64,000 nt of DNA, from assembly GCA_019117385.1 (NCBI GenBank), contig DWZU01000033.1:12301-76300 (forward strand), given 5' to 3'. The translations under genes were made by a program, and so were the position numbers. Below, one piece after another: positions 54,388 to 63,436 of this stretch; position 1 is the stretch's first letter; every line of letters begins with the position of its first letter. The DNA is from Candidatus Eisenbergiella pullicola (GTDB lineage Bacteria; Bacillota; Clostridia; Lachnospirales; Lachnospiraceae). Under the pieces are notes generated by a model that saw nothing but the letters and a program-made list of their open reading frames with translations, had not been told where the DNA came from and searched no databases.

Positions 54388-55377
54388 ATGGAGTTACTGC
54401 AGATTTATCACCCGCAGATCCCCGAATTTTTGTCCCGGCTTTCCCTGACGGACGAAATGCTCCGTCTAAAGGGCGTAGGCATGGACTGCGGGTGCGAATA
54501 TACCGGCTATCCCGCCTACCGGGACTGCCCGCCTGCTTCCCGCTATGAGCACAGTCTGGGCGTCGCCCTGATCATCTGGCATTTCACCCGCAGTGCAGAG
54601 CAGTCCATCGCCGGCCTGTTTCATGACATCAGCACCCCGGCCTTTTCCCACACGGTGGACTTTCTGAACCGGGACTATATGCAGCAGGAGTCCACCGAAA
54701 CGGGCACCCGGGAAATCATCAGCCGCTCCGTCCAGATTTGCGCCCTGCTGAAAGAATACGGCGTCGCGGCGGAAAGCGTCTGGGATTATCACCGCTATCC
54801 CATCGCGGATAACGATTCCCCACGCCTTTCTGCGGATCGTCTGGAATACACCCTCCGCAATTTCGTCCGCTACGACAGAAAAACGCCGGAAGAGATCCGA
54901 CGTTTTTACGGAGATCTGACCGTCTGCAAAAACGAAGACGGGCAGGAAGAACTGACGTTTCTTCACCCGGACATCGCGGTGGAGTTCACCCGGCTGGCCC
55001 TGAAGGCTTCCCTTCTGTATATTTCGGATTCCGACCGGTATTCCATGCAGTGCCTGGCGGATCTGCTCCGGGATGCCCTTTCAGCGCGCATCCTGACCCG
55101 GGAAGATCTGCACACGACGGAATCGGCCGTCATCGGCAAACTCCTGGCCCGGCCTGAAACGGCGGCCGCCTGGAATCGATTCCGCCGGCTGTCCGAAATC
55201 CGCAGCCGCAAAGACCTTCCGAACGAGCCCGGCTGGTTCCGGGTTCCCGCCAAAAAGCGGTACGTGGATCCCATGGTCTGCGGAAGGGGCAGAGCCTCCG
55301 CCCTGTCCGAATCCCTGAGGAAAGAGATCCGGGATTTCATGGCCATCGATTACGATTCCTGGCTCAGGGGCGATTAA
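54388..55377 (+). CDS. HD-superfamily phosphohydrolase
   Basis: RYEHSLGV...AGLFHDISTPAFSH...SADRLEY; RBS AAAGGA before ATG 54388. Confidence 0.88.
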   Translation: MELLQIYHPQIPEFLSRLSLTDEMLRLKGVGMDCGCEYTGYPAYRDCPPASRYEHSLGVALIIWHFTRSAEQSIAGLFHDISTPAFSHTVDFLNRDYMQQESTETGTREIISRSVQICALLKEYGVAAESVWDYHRYPIADNDSPRLSADRLEYTLRNFVRYDRKTPEEIRRFYGDLTVCKNEDGQEELTFLHPDIAVEFTRLALKASLLYISDSDRYSMQCLADLLRDALSARILTREDLHTTESAVIGKLLARPETAAAWNRFRRLSEIRSRKDLPNEPGWFRVPAKKRYVDPMVCGRGRASALSESLRKEIRDFMAIDYDSWLRGD

Positions 55378-55391
55378 GGAAGGGGCTCCCG

Positions 55392-56591
55392 TCACTCCGC
55401 GAACACGTATTCCCGCAGCCTCCGAAACGCTTCCTGCACCCTGGAAAGAGGCAGGGCCAGATTCATGCGGATCGCGTAGGGACGGCCAAACGGTCTGCCG
55501 TCCTGCCAGATCACGCCTGCCCGGATGCCCTGCCGGATCAGTTCATCCATGGAAACGCCCTTCTTTTCGCACCACTCTTCGCAGTCCAGATACAACATGT
55601 AAGTGCCTTCCGGTTTCGCCAGGCTCACGCCCTGAAAATGTTCCCGGATGAAATCGCAGGCGAAATCCACGTTTTTCGTCAACACTTCCCGCAGCTCGTC
55701 CACCCATTGGGATCCTTCTTCCCCATAAGCGCCGATGAGGGCGTGCATGGACAGCACATTCATGCTGTTATAGTGGGAAAGAGCGGCCTGTTTGCGCACC
55801 CGATCCCGAAGCCAGCCGCTGTAAATGATATGGTAGGAGCCGATCAACCCCGCCAGATTGAACGTTTTGGAAGGCGCATAGACCGCGATGGTTCTCTGGC
55901 GCGCGTCTTCGGAAACGCTCTGAGTGGGGATGTGACGATGCCCTTCCAGGATCAGATCGGACCAGATTTCATCCGAAATTACGATGCAGTCGTTTTTGCG
56001 GTACACTTCCATAGCCGCTTCGATTTCCTCCCGCTGCCAGACCCTGCCGCAGGGATTATGAGGAGAGCAGAAAATCGCCAGGTGGATGCGGTTTTCCTTC
56101 AGCCTGCGGTCCATGTCCTCATAGTCCATCCGCCAGATCCCCCTCTCATCGCGCTTTAACTGGCTGTGCACGATTTTCCTGCCGTTTTCTTCCAGCACGT
56201 GGGTGAATCCGATGTAAGTGGGCGAATGCACCAGAATCGCCTCCCCCGGCGCACTGAACGCCTGCAGGGCCGAAGATACGCAGCCCAGCACGCCATTTTC
56301 ATAGCCGATGGCCTCTTTCGTCAGCCCCGTCACCCCATTGCGCTTCTCCTGCCAGCGGATAATGCTGTCATAATAGTCCTCTGTAGGATCGAAGTAGCCG
56401 AAGGCCGGATGCGCCACCCGCTCCTGAATGCTCTTTTGTATGGCGGGAACCGTGGGAAAATTCATATCCGCCACCCACATGGGAATGCGATCGAACCCTT
56501 CTTCCACCTCCGCCCCGGGGAAAGGGATCACATCCACTGCGATGGCATCCTTTCCCCTCCGATCCATGATACTCGTGAAATCGTACTTCAT
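55392..56591 (-). CDS. MalY/PatB-family PLP enzyme (cystathionine beta-lyase / C-S lyase-like)
   Basis: PMWVADM, CSPHNPCGR, SDEIWSD, APSKTFNLAG. Confidence 0.92.
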   Translation of the reverse strand: MKYDFTSIMDRRGKDAIAVDVIPFPGAEVEEGFDRIPMWVADMNFPTVPAIQKSIQERVAHPAFGYFDPTEDYYDSIIRWQEKRNGVTGLTKEAIGYENGVLGCVSSALQAFSAPGEAILVHSPTYIGFTHVLEENGRKIVHSQLKRDERGIWRMDYEDMDRRLKENRIHLAIFCSPHNPCGRVWQREEIEAAMEVYRKNDCIVISDEIWSDLILEGHRHIPTQSVSEDARQRTIAVYAPSKTFNLAGLIGSYHIIYSGWLRDRVRKQAALSHYNSMNVLSMHALIGAYGEEGSQWVDELREVLTKNVDFACDFIREHFQGVSLAKPEGTYMLYLDCEEWCEKKGVSMDELIRQGIRAGVIWQDGRPFGRPYAIRMNLALPLSRVQEAFRRLREYVFAE

Positions 56592-56683
56592 TTGTTTTTT
56601 CTCCAATCCTGTCTGTTTCTCTAAACAAAGAATCCCGCCTGAAGGTTTCTCTGTCTGCGATAAAAAAGTGTGCGCCGGGGCGC

Positions 56684-56742
56684 ATCCTCAGCGGAGCGTC
56701 TTTTTTATACGACAGGAAATGAAATTTCCTGTCGTATAAAAA
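56684..56742. repeat. 59-bp palindromic repeat, copy B
   Basis: Identical to 49977-50035; lies between the rubrerythrin and MalY/PatB genes. Confidence 0.9.
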
Positions 56743-56787
56743 TAGGGGGAAAGAAGCTCCGGCCTCTTCCCCTCCTTTTTCAATCGC

Positions 56788-57321
56788 TTAGTAATTCTCC
56801 GCCTTCACCTGGAAATATGCCTGCGGATGCGCGCATACCGGGCAAACTTCCGGCGCCTTCTTGCCGATCACGATGTGGCCGCAGTTGGAGCACTGCCACA
56901 CGGTATCGCCTTCTTTGGAAAATACCAACCCATTCTCCACGTTCGCCAGCAGTTTCAGATATCTCTGCTCATGCTCTTTCTCAATCTCGCCCACCATCTC
57001 GAACAGGCTGGCGATGTGGTCAAAGCCCTCTTCGCGGGCTTCCTTAGCGAAAGTCGCGTACATATCCGTCCATTCGTAGTTCTCGCCTTCCGCAGCGGCC
57101 TTTAAGTTCTCTGCGGTGCTTCCGATTCCATCCAGCAGCTTGAACCAGATCTTCGCATGCTCTTTCTCGTTGTTCGCAGTCTCTTCGAAGAGGTTGGCGA
57201 TCTGAACATATCCTTCCTTTTTCGCCTTGGAGGCGAAGTAAGTATATTTGTTTCTCGCCTGAGATTCTCCTGCAAATGCAGCCAGCAGGTTCGCTTCCGT
57301 TTTACTTCCTTTTAATTCCAT
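56788..57321 (-). CDS. rbr: Rubrerythrin
   Basis: [13 protein letters not shown], two ExxH di-iron motifs, C-terminal CxxC...CPVC rubredoxin domain. Confidence 0.95.
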   Translation of the reverse strand: MELKGSKTEANLLAAFAGESQARNKYTYFASKAKKEGYVQIANLFEETANNEKEHAKIWFKLLDGIGSTAENLKAAAEGENYEWTDMYATFAKEAREEGFDHIASLFEMVGEIEKEHEQRYLKLLANVENGLVFSKEGDTVWQCSNCGHIVIGKKAPEVCPVCAHPQAYFQVKAENY

Positions 57322-57429
57322 CGTTTTCCCTCTTTCTTTCTGATATTTCGGCACTGTGCCGTCCGCCTTCATACGGATATCCACAGTATTCCCCCGATAC
57401 CTAAAGAATATTCCTTTTTCTGGCAGCAG

Positions 57430-58872
57430 TCAATTCTTTTCGCTGCCCTCGATGACCTTTTTATAGAAGTCCACGGCCGGCGAAAGAGCGCCCCGGCAGA
57501 TATTTTCGTTCAATCCGTGAATGCTGGCATATTGTTGTCCGTCGATGTAAAGGGGAGCGAAGCGCAGGCAGTTGTCGCTCAGATCCCGGTAGTATTTCGC
57601 GTCCGTACCTCCCGTCATGACGTATGGGCAGACGCCCACCCCCGGATAGACCTCCGCTGCTACTTTCTCGATCAGGTGGAACGCGTCTCCCTTAAAATCC
57701 ACCACCGGGCAGGGCTCGTCCTTATAAATTACTTCCGTTTCCAGGCCGAACTTCGACGCTTCCCGGGAAATGAGGGCGATGCTCTCCTCCGTGGGCTGAT
57801 GAGGGATGAAGCGCATGTTGGCGGTCACCCATGCTTCCTGGGGCAAAACGTTTAAACCATCCGCGCCCCTGGCCATGGTGAACGCCATGGTGGTATGCAG
57901 CATAGCCCCGGCGGCAGGACTTATGGAGGGTAAGAGTTTGATCAGAAGAGGCTCAAACAGCCACATATTGGCGAAGATAACTTTCATTCCAAACGTCATG
58001 TTGGGCGCCATGCGGGCGAACATTTCCTTCACCGTGGGGTTGAACCGGCTGCTGAAAGGGCTCTTTTTCTCCATGGCAGCCATGAATTTGCCCAGGCGCA
58101 CCAACGGCGTATTTTTCCCCGGCGCGCTGGCATGTCCGCCTTTCCCTTTTGCGATGAAGCGCACATCGCCATAGCCCTTTTCCAGCACGCCCACCATGGC
58201 GTAGATGCCTTTGACGCCAGCCACCGGCTCCTCGATGACCATGCCGCCTTCATCCAGCAAAAAGTCCAGTTTCACGCCCTGCTCTTTCAGATATTTTGCG
58301 GTCAGCGGCGCGCCTTCCCCGCTCCATTCCTCGGTACAGCTGCTGGCCACATACACATCCCGGCCCGGGACATAGCCGTCCCGGATCATCTCCTCCACTG
58401 CGGTCAGGATGCAAAACAGGCTGGCCTTCGTGTCCACGGTGCCTCTGCCCCAGACCCGCCCCTGTTCGTCGATCTCTCCGCTAAAGGGCGCGTGTTCCCA
58501 TTCCCCGTTGGCTTCCACCACGTCGTGATGGCTCATCAGCAGGATGGGATTTCCCTTTCCCTGTCCCTTCCAGCGAAAAAGAAGGCTGCCGTTGAACACA
58601 TGCTTTTCGCAGGTTTCATGAATCAGGGGAAACATTTCCTCCAGTTTTTTATGAAAGTCCAGAAACTTCTGCCGGTCCGGGTCAAACCGGCTGGACACCG
58701 TTTCCATCCTGACCAGATCGGCAAGCCGTTTCCCATACTCTTCAGCCCTGGGGCTTTCGTCCAGCTTCACTTCTGCCGTTTTCGCCGTCGTGGGCTTCAG
58801 CAGGGCCGCCCGGAGCACCACGACCAGGATCAGAACCGCCAAAAGCGCTAAAATCACCAGTAAAACCGTCAT
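57430..58872 (-). CDS. M20/M25/M40 metallo-hydrolase with an N-terminal membrane anchor (Gly-X carboxypeptidase-like)
   Basis: MSHHDVV, GRGTVDTK, TEE, LDEGG, GGHAS, GGTD, IHGLNE. Confidence 0.92.
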   Translation of the reverse strand: MTVLLVILALLAVLILVVVLRAALLKPTTAKTAEVKLDESPRAEEYGKRLADLVRMETVSSRFDPDRQKFLDFHKKLEEMFPLIHETCEKHVFNGSLLFRWKGQGKGNPILLMSHHDVVEANGEWEHAPFSGEIDEQGRVWGRGTVDTKASLFCILTAVEEMIRDGYVPGRDVYVASSCTEEWSGEGAPLTAKYLKEQGVKLDFLLDEGGMVIEEPVAGVKGIYAMVGVLEKGYGDVRFIAKGKGGHASAPGKNTPLVRLGKFMAAMEKKSPFSSRFNPTVKEMFARMAPNMTFGMKVIFANMWLFEPLLIKLLPSISPAAGAMLHTTMAFTMARGADGLNVLPQEAWVTANMRFIPHQPTEESIALISREASKFGLETEVIYKDEPCPVVDFKGDAFHLIEKVAAEVYPGVGVCPYVMTGGTDAKYYRDLSDNCLRFAPLYIDGQQYASIHGLNENICRGALSPAVDFYKKVIEGSEKN

Positions 58873-58891
58873 TTTCTATTCTCCTCTTTTC

Positions 58892-59587
58892 TCACAGTTT
58901 TCCCTTGCGAAACAGCGCGTAGCCGATGAGCAGCGCCAGGCCTCCGCTGGGAATGATCAGCAGGCTGGTCTGGGAGATCGCCGCGGGCACGAAAACGCAC
59001 AGCAGGGTCATCAGAAGCACCGGGATCAGCGCGATCTGCGGGCTCTTGGAAAAATATTTCAGTCCCAGGGCGCCGAACAGCGCGGGCACCACATTATCGA
59101 AAGCGGGGCGCAGCGCCGGGCTCTGCAGCACGGGCTGCAGGGGTGTGAGCAAAATGACTCCCGCCACGATCACCAGAGTGGTCACGATGGCGCTGGTCGC
59201 CACGCTGATAGTGGAGATGATTTCCTGCTCCGACGTGCCCGGTTTCGTGCCGGCGATGTCGCAGGCGTTCATCACGCAGGGAATCTTCATGTTGGTCACA
59301 TTGCCCGTGAGGAATGTCAGATAGCTGCCTCCTGCCCCCAGCATGGGCGTATACACCAGAAATTCCACGATGGATACCGGAACGTAAATGATCGCCACTC
59401 TGGCGAATCCGGAGAGAAATCCTTTTCCTTCCGGCATCACGCCGTTGATCGCGCCCACTGCGAAAGGAACCGCCACCAGAAGGATCACCGCTGCGATCAG
59501 CATAATCCGTCCCAGGCGGTGCAGGCCGTCATTGAATTCCTGCAGGAACTGTTCCCGTTCCTGCCCTTGCAACACTTTTTCTTCCAT
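58892..59587 (-). CDS. Uncharacterised multi-pass membrane protein
   Basis: About 6 TM; YTPMLGAGGSYLTFLTGNVTNMKIPC; co-oriented with DUF5058 and M20. Confidence 0.8.
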   Translation of the reverse strand: MEEKVLQGQEREQFLQEFNDGLHRLGRIMLIAAVILLVAVPFAVGAINGVMPEGKGFLSGFARVAIIYVPVSIVEFLVYTPMLGAGGSYLTFLTGNVTNMKIPCVMNACDIAGTKPGTSEQEIISTISVATSAIVTTLVIVAGVILLTPLQPVLQSPALRPAFDNVVPALFGALGLKYFSKSPQIALIPVLLMTLLCVFVPAAISQTSLLIIPSGGLALLIGYALFRKGKL

Positions 59588-59590
59588 AAA

Positions 59591-59690
59591 AACCTCCATT
59601 CCGGAGCGTCAGCGACGGGGCGAAGAGAAATCGAGAATGCGATTTCTCTGATGCCATCATAGCTATTTGTGACGCTCCGGCACAAATAGC
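59591..59690 (-). repeat. About 100-nt structured intergenic element, copy 2
   Basis: Similar to 14195-14293; two 10-bp hairpins and loop-to-3' complementarity; ends in GGAGG. Confidence 0.75.
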
Positions 59691-59703
59691 CGTGCCCTCC
59701 CTC

Positions 59704-60450
59704 CTAAATCGCCATCTGGATCGCCACAGCCAGACCCATGGCGATGAGCATACTGGCCGCCAGGCTGAAATTCTCCAATACGGCCTTTCCTCTTTTCTGT
59801 ATGAAGTATTCGAAAACAGCCATCACGGCCGCAGCGATGGCCGCCACAGCCAGAGGCATCCAGTCCGATCCCTCCCGCGGTACCGCCTTGCCCACATAGG
59901 AACCGATATACGCGCCGCACAGGCCGATGAACATGGCCGTGGTGGCGTGAGCTCCGAATCCCGGCCCCTTGCTCTCACTTTTTTTCGGAGCGCTTTTGAG
60001 CTTGTTCAGGTATTTCTTCCCGAAGAAAATACAACAGAAAATCCCTCCCAGGATCCCCACCGTCATCACCAGCGCGATGGTCACGAACGCCTGCATGTTC
60101 ATTTCTTCCAGGCGAAGTCCCGACATCCCCAGGCTCTGGGCCGCCATTTCCGCTACGTTGAGCTCATACTGCAGGGCGCCGATAACGGACAGGCGCAGCC
60201 AGGACAGGGGTACGCCCAGGGTTCCGCTCAGGGCCACCACTCCCAGCAGGATGCTGATAGAGGGCAGCAGCGTGAAAGTGGCGCTGGACATGACGGCCTT
60301 TTTCAGCACCTTTTTATCCATGCCGATCCGGATGCCCGCCCGATAGCTTTTGATCAAAAATACGAAGCACATGATCGTGATGAATCCCAGGACGCCCGCC
60401 ACAATTCCGTAGAAAGGCGCGGAATTCACCCGCTGCAGATAGTCGTTCAT
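59704..60450 (-). CDS. DUF5058-like membrane protein
   Basis: YLQRVNS...KSYRAGIRIGM...PSISILLG...LSWLRLSVIGALQYEL pattern recalled for DUF5058; start at ATG 60450. Confidence 0.7.
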   Translation of the reverse strand: MNDYLQRVNSAPFYGIVAGVLGFITIMCFVFLIKSYRAGIRIGMDKKVLKKAVMSSATFTLLPSISILLGVVALSGTLGVPLSWLRLSVIGALQYELNVAEMAAQSLGMSGLRLEEMNMQAFVTIALVMTVGILGGIFCCIFFGKKYLNKLKSAPKKSESKGPGFGAHATTAMFIGLCGAYIGSYVGKAVPREGSDWMPLAVAAIAAAVMAVFEYFIQKRGKAVLENFSLAASMLIAMGLAVAIQMAI

Positions 60451-60492
60451 ACTCTCTCTCCTCTCGATTTTTCTTCTGCACGTTACCGTTCT

Positions 60493-60521
60493 ATGATAAG
60501 TTGGGGCGAAGGGGATGTCAA
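60493..60521 (-). promoter_or_regulatory. SigA promoter of the DUF5058 operon
   Basis: TTGACA-N17-TATCAT on the minus strand. Confidence 0.7.
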
Positions 60522-60536
60522 GCGGCTGAAAGGCCA

Positions 60537-60588
60537 AAAACGCGCAGCCCATCGGCGCTCTGTTTCAGCGCCGAAGGCTGCGCGTTTT
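60537..60588. terminator. Terminator-like hairpin after degV
   Basis: AAAACGCGCAGCC...TCGGCGCT/AGCGCCGA...GGCTGCGCGTTTT. Confidence 0.7.
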
Positions 60589-60661
60589 CTCTTTTCCTGT
60601 GAAAGTGACGGACGGCAGTCGCAGACGAATCGCGCCTGCGTCGGCGGGCACACCCGCTTTG

Positions 60662-61311
60662 TCAGGAATCCGCAGCGCTATCCCTTTTGAGAAAGGCGAT
60701 CCCCATCAGGTATGACCCGTTATGCGCTCCCACCATGGTTCCGATTTGAACCAGTTCCGGTTCCGGCGCGTTCTGAAACCCCGCTGACTTCAGCGCCGTC
60801 CGGAAAGCGTTCAAAACTTCCTCCCCGTCTTCCCGGCTGAGCCCATACCCCACCTGGAGGGAATATCCGTCCAGCCTTTCCGCATTCTTTTTGAGGAAGG
60901 CTGCTGCCTGTCTCGCCAGTTCCAACAGCGATTTCTTACGGCCCCTGGCAATGGCGCTCAGGGAAATGACGCCTTCTTTAAAGAGAATGACCGGCTTTAT
61001 CCCCAGCCCTACGGCCGCCAGCTTCACCAGCCCGCCGATACGGCCTCCTTTACGAGCAGACCCTGAAAGACCGTCAGCGCTTTCGTATCGACGACCTCGA
61101 TTCCCGGAAGGGACGTCCTGGGAAAATCGCCGGGATGATCCATCATTCTCTGATAGAACTCGTGATAGGTAAAATCGAAAAAATCCCTTTTATATTCGCC
61201 GTCTTCAAAGGCGACGTAAAGCGGGACGATTCCGATATCGTTTTCCCCGCAATAGCCCTTCGGCAGATCGCAGCAGCTGTCGCTTATAATTTTGAATCCC
61301 TTCTTTTCCAT
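60662..61311 (-). pseudogene. DegV-family fatty-acid-binding protein, two internal deletions and a frameshift
   Basis: IISDSCCDLP...PRTSLP N-terminus joined directly to VVDTK..FQGLL, then a frame change into KGGRI...IKPVIL...VGAHNG. Confidence 0.85.
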
Positions 61312-61453
61312 GAAATCCTTCTTTCCATATATCGCATTCCATCATACGGTTTTCAAAACCGGGATACCCGGTTTCGCTCTTTCAAAATCATTATACGCCT
61401 CCCCTTCTCATTTAGAAACCCCTTTTTTGCGGCGCTCCGACGCAAAACTGCCG

Positions 61454-61492
61454 GGGGCTGTGAAAAAATGATTTCTCACTTTTCACAGCCCC
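61454..61492. terminator. 13-bp stem-loop after the oxidoreductase gene
   Basis: GGGGCTGTGAAAA...TTTTCACAGCCCC. Confidence 0.6.
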
Positions 61493-61500
61493 TTTCTCCG

Positions 61501-62490
61501 TCAGTTTTCCCTCTCTTCTTCCGGATATCGCAGTCCCCACTCTTCCCGCAGCCCGGTCATCAGCCGCATCACTTCCGCCGTCAGGGAAAGATTCATGGCG
61601 GAGTCGTCGCCGGAAATCACCGCCGCTTCCATATCCTGCATCTCATACAGCAGGGCGTCCTCCGTCCGCCCGGCTTCGATCTGCGTCCGCCGGCCGCTGA
61701 CCGCATCCACGAAGACGGCGCTGTCGGCTCTGGGGTAATCGGAAATCTCCAGATACCCTTTTTCGCAGCTGATCACAGCGCGCTTGGGCTGTCTGGAGTG
61801 CAGGCTCAACGTGATGCCCGCCATTTGTCCCTCAGGATTCATCAGCAGAATGCCCGCCTGTTCGTCCACGCCCGTCGGCGCCTGTTTCATCAGGCTTTTG
61901 ACCTGATCGGGACAGCTGTCCAGAAAGCTGCGCGCCAGACTTAAGGCATATACGCCGATGTCCAACAGCGCGCCTCCTGCCAGATTCCGGTTGAAGAAGC
62001 GATTTTCCATGTCGTATTCTTTAAAACTTCCGAAGTTGATCTGAAGCATTTGCACCCTTCCGAAAGCGCCTTCCCGCAGAAGGGCCCGGAGTTTTCGATA
62101 CAGGGGCATGTGCCAGATCGTCATGGCCTCCGCCAGAATCACTCCGCGCTCCCGGGCCAGCCCAATGGCTTCTTCCAGCTCGCCGCTGTTTAAGGTGATG
62201 GACTTCTCACACAGCACGTGCTTGCCGTTTTTCAGCGCCTCCCGCAGAAAACGGATGTGGGTGTTATGGGGCGTGGTCAGGTAAACGATGTCCACCTTCG
62301 GATCGGCAAAGAGATCTTCCATCCGGTCATAGACTTTTTCCACCCCGTATTTCGCCGCGAAGTCCACGGCTTTCCAGTGGGTTCGATTCCCTACTCCGTA
62401 AAGCCGCTTTCCCATTTTCTGCAGAGCCTGCGCCATCTCGTTGGCGATCACTCCGGTGCCCAGCACCGCCCAGTTCATCTGTTTTTCCAT
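61501..62490 (-). CDS. Gfo/Idh/MocA family oxidoreductase
   Basis: WAVLGTGVIA, YLTTPHNTH, GKHVLCEKS, GGALLDIGVY. Confidence 0.92.
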   Translation of the reverse strand: MEKQMNWAVLGTGVIANEMAQALQKMGKRLYGVGNRTHWKAVDFAAKYGVEKVYDRMEDLFADPKVDIVYLTTPHNTHIRFLREALKNGKHVLCEKSITLNSGELEEAIGLARERGVILAEAMTIWHMPLYRKLRALLREGAFGRVQMLQINFGSFKEYDMENRFFNRNLAGGALLDIGVYALSLARSFLDSCPDQVKSLMKQAPTGVDEQAGILLMNPEGQMAGITLSLHSRQPKRAVISCEKGYLEISDYPRADSAVFVDAVSGRRTQIEAGRTEDALLYEMQDMEAAVISGDDSAMNLSLTAEVMRLMTGLREEWGLRYPEEEREN

Positions 62491-62492
62491 TT

Positions 62493-63344
62493 TCAAAACT
62501 CCCCTTCATGCTTTTTGAAAAAGTCGTAGTACGTCCGGACGCTCTCCAGCTGTGTCCACCGCTTCACGTCCACCGGGTTCTCGCTCATATCGTAAATCTT
62601 CGCCCCCCGCATGGAGAGCAGGAAAGGCGAGTGGGTGGAAATCACCAGCTGACAGCCGAAAAACCGGGCGGAATCCTCCAGAAACTTCGCCAGTTCCAGC
62701 TGTCTGGCCGCGGAAAGGCTGTTTTCCGGTTCGTCCAACAGATACAGGGCATTTTCCCGGATCCTGTCCGTGAAACACAGAAACGCGCTCTCGCCGTTGG
62801 AATGCTCCCGCACATTATCCATCAGCCGCCTGCGCACGTACTTCGACTGGGTTTTGCTGCGCGCCAGGTTGACTTGCTTGAGCCGGTCGTAATCCGCCAT
62901 CGTGCGGAAATGGAAATCCGCGTATTTCGCGTCCAGATATTCCTCGAACACCTCTTCCCGCTTCCGGTCGATCCCTTCATTGAGCGCCCGCAGATCCAGC
63001 ATAAAATCGAACACGTCATCGCTGGTGAGGATGCAACTCTCCTTCGGAATCCGGCCGCAGCTCTCATAGCTGCACATGCGCAGATACTCTCCGAAAAAGT
63101 TGGAGCTGTTCCCTGCGGTCTGGCGCCTGAGCCCCAGTTTCCCCGCGATCACGTTGAGCGCCGTGGATTTGCCGCAGCCGTTTCCCCCATATAAGATGGT
63201 CACCGGCTCGAAATCCATCCGCGAAAAGCCGATGGCGGAAAGCACCTGAAACGGATAAAAGCTGTCGTAACAGGTTCTTTTGATCTCCATGAAAAAGCTG
63301 AATTCCTGATCGCTGTCCGGAAAGCGAAACTCTGTCAGATACAT
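62493..63344 (-). CDS. Stand-alone ABC-like/AAA ATPase (COG3910-like)
   Basis: Walker A GGNGCGKST, signature-like SNGES, Walker B LLDEPE, STHSP; RBS GGGGAG before ATG 63344. Confidence 0.88.
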   Translation of the reverse strand: MYLTEFRFPDSDQEFSFFMEIKRTCYDSFYPFQVLSAIGFSRMDFEPVTILYGGNGCGKSTALNVIAGKLGLRRQTAGNSSNFFGEYLRMCSYESCGRIPKESCILTSDDVFDFMLDLRALNEGIDRKREEVFEEYLDAKYADFHFRTMADYDRLKQVNLARSKTQSKYVRRRLMDNVREHSNGESAFLCFTDRIRENALYLLDEPENSLSAARQLELAKFLEDSARFFGCQLVISTHSPFLLSMRGAKIYDMSENPVDVKRWTQLESVRTYYDFFKKHEGEF

Positions 63345-63436
63345 AACGTTCTCCCCCATCGCTGGACTCCTGTCCGGGATTATGGTATGATTTTAACATA
63401 TTATAATCCCGAAATCACCCCGAAAAAGGAGGTCTT

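Noticed and set aside
52002-55377. Small alarmone synthetase plus nearby HD protein as a toxSAS/SAH pair
   Set aside because: The synthetase looks like an ordinary RelP/RelQ. The HD gene is separated by two genes, divergently transcribed, and has dNTPase-like rather than SAH-like motifs.
2443-62529. Many long opposite-strand or alternate-frame ORFs in the track (e.g. 2443-3891, 8634-10139, 28984-30513, 36311-38416, 42817-44241, 50756-52114)
   Set aside because: They lie antisense to or inside well-supported genes, lack RBS and family motifs, and are expected shadows in GC-rich coding DNA.
62493-63344. Stand-alone ABC-like ATPase as an anti-phage defence component
   Set aside because: No adjacent nuclease, TOPRIM or effector gene; neighbours are metabolic or hypothetical.
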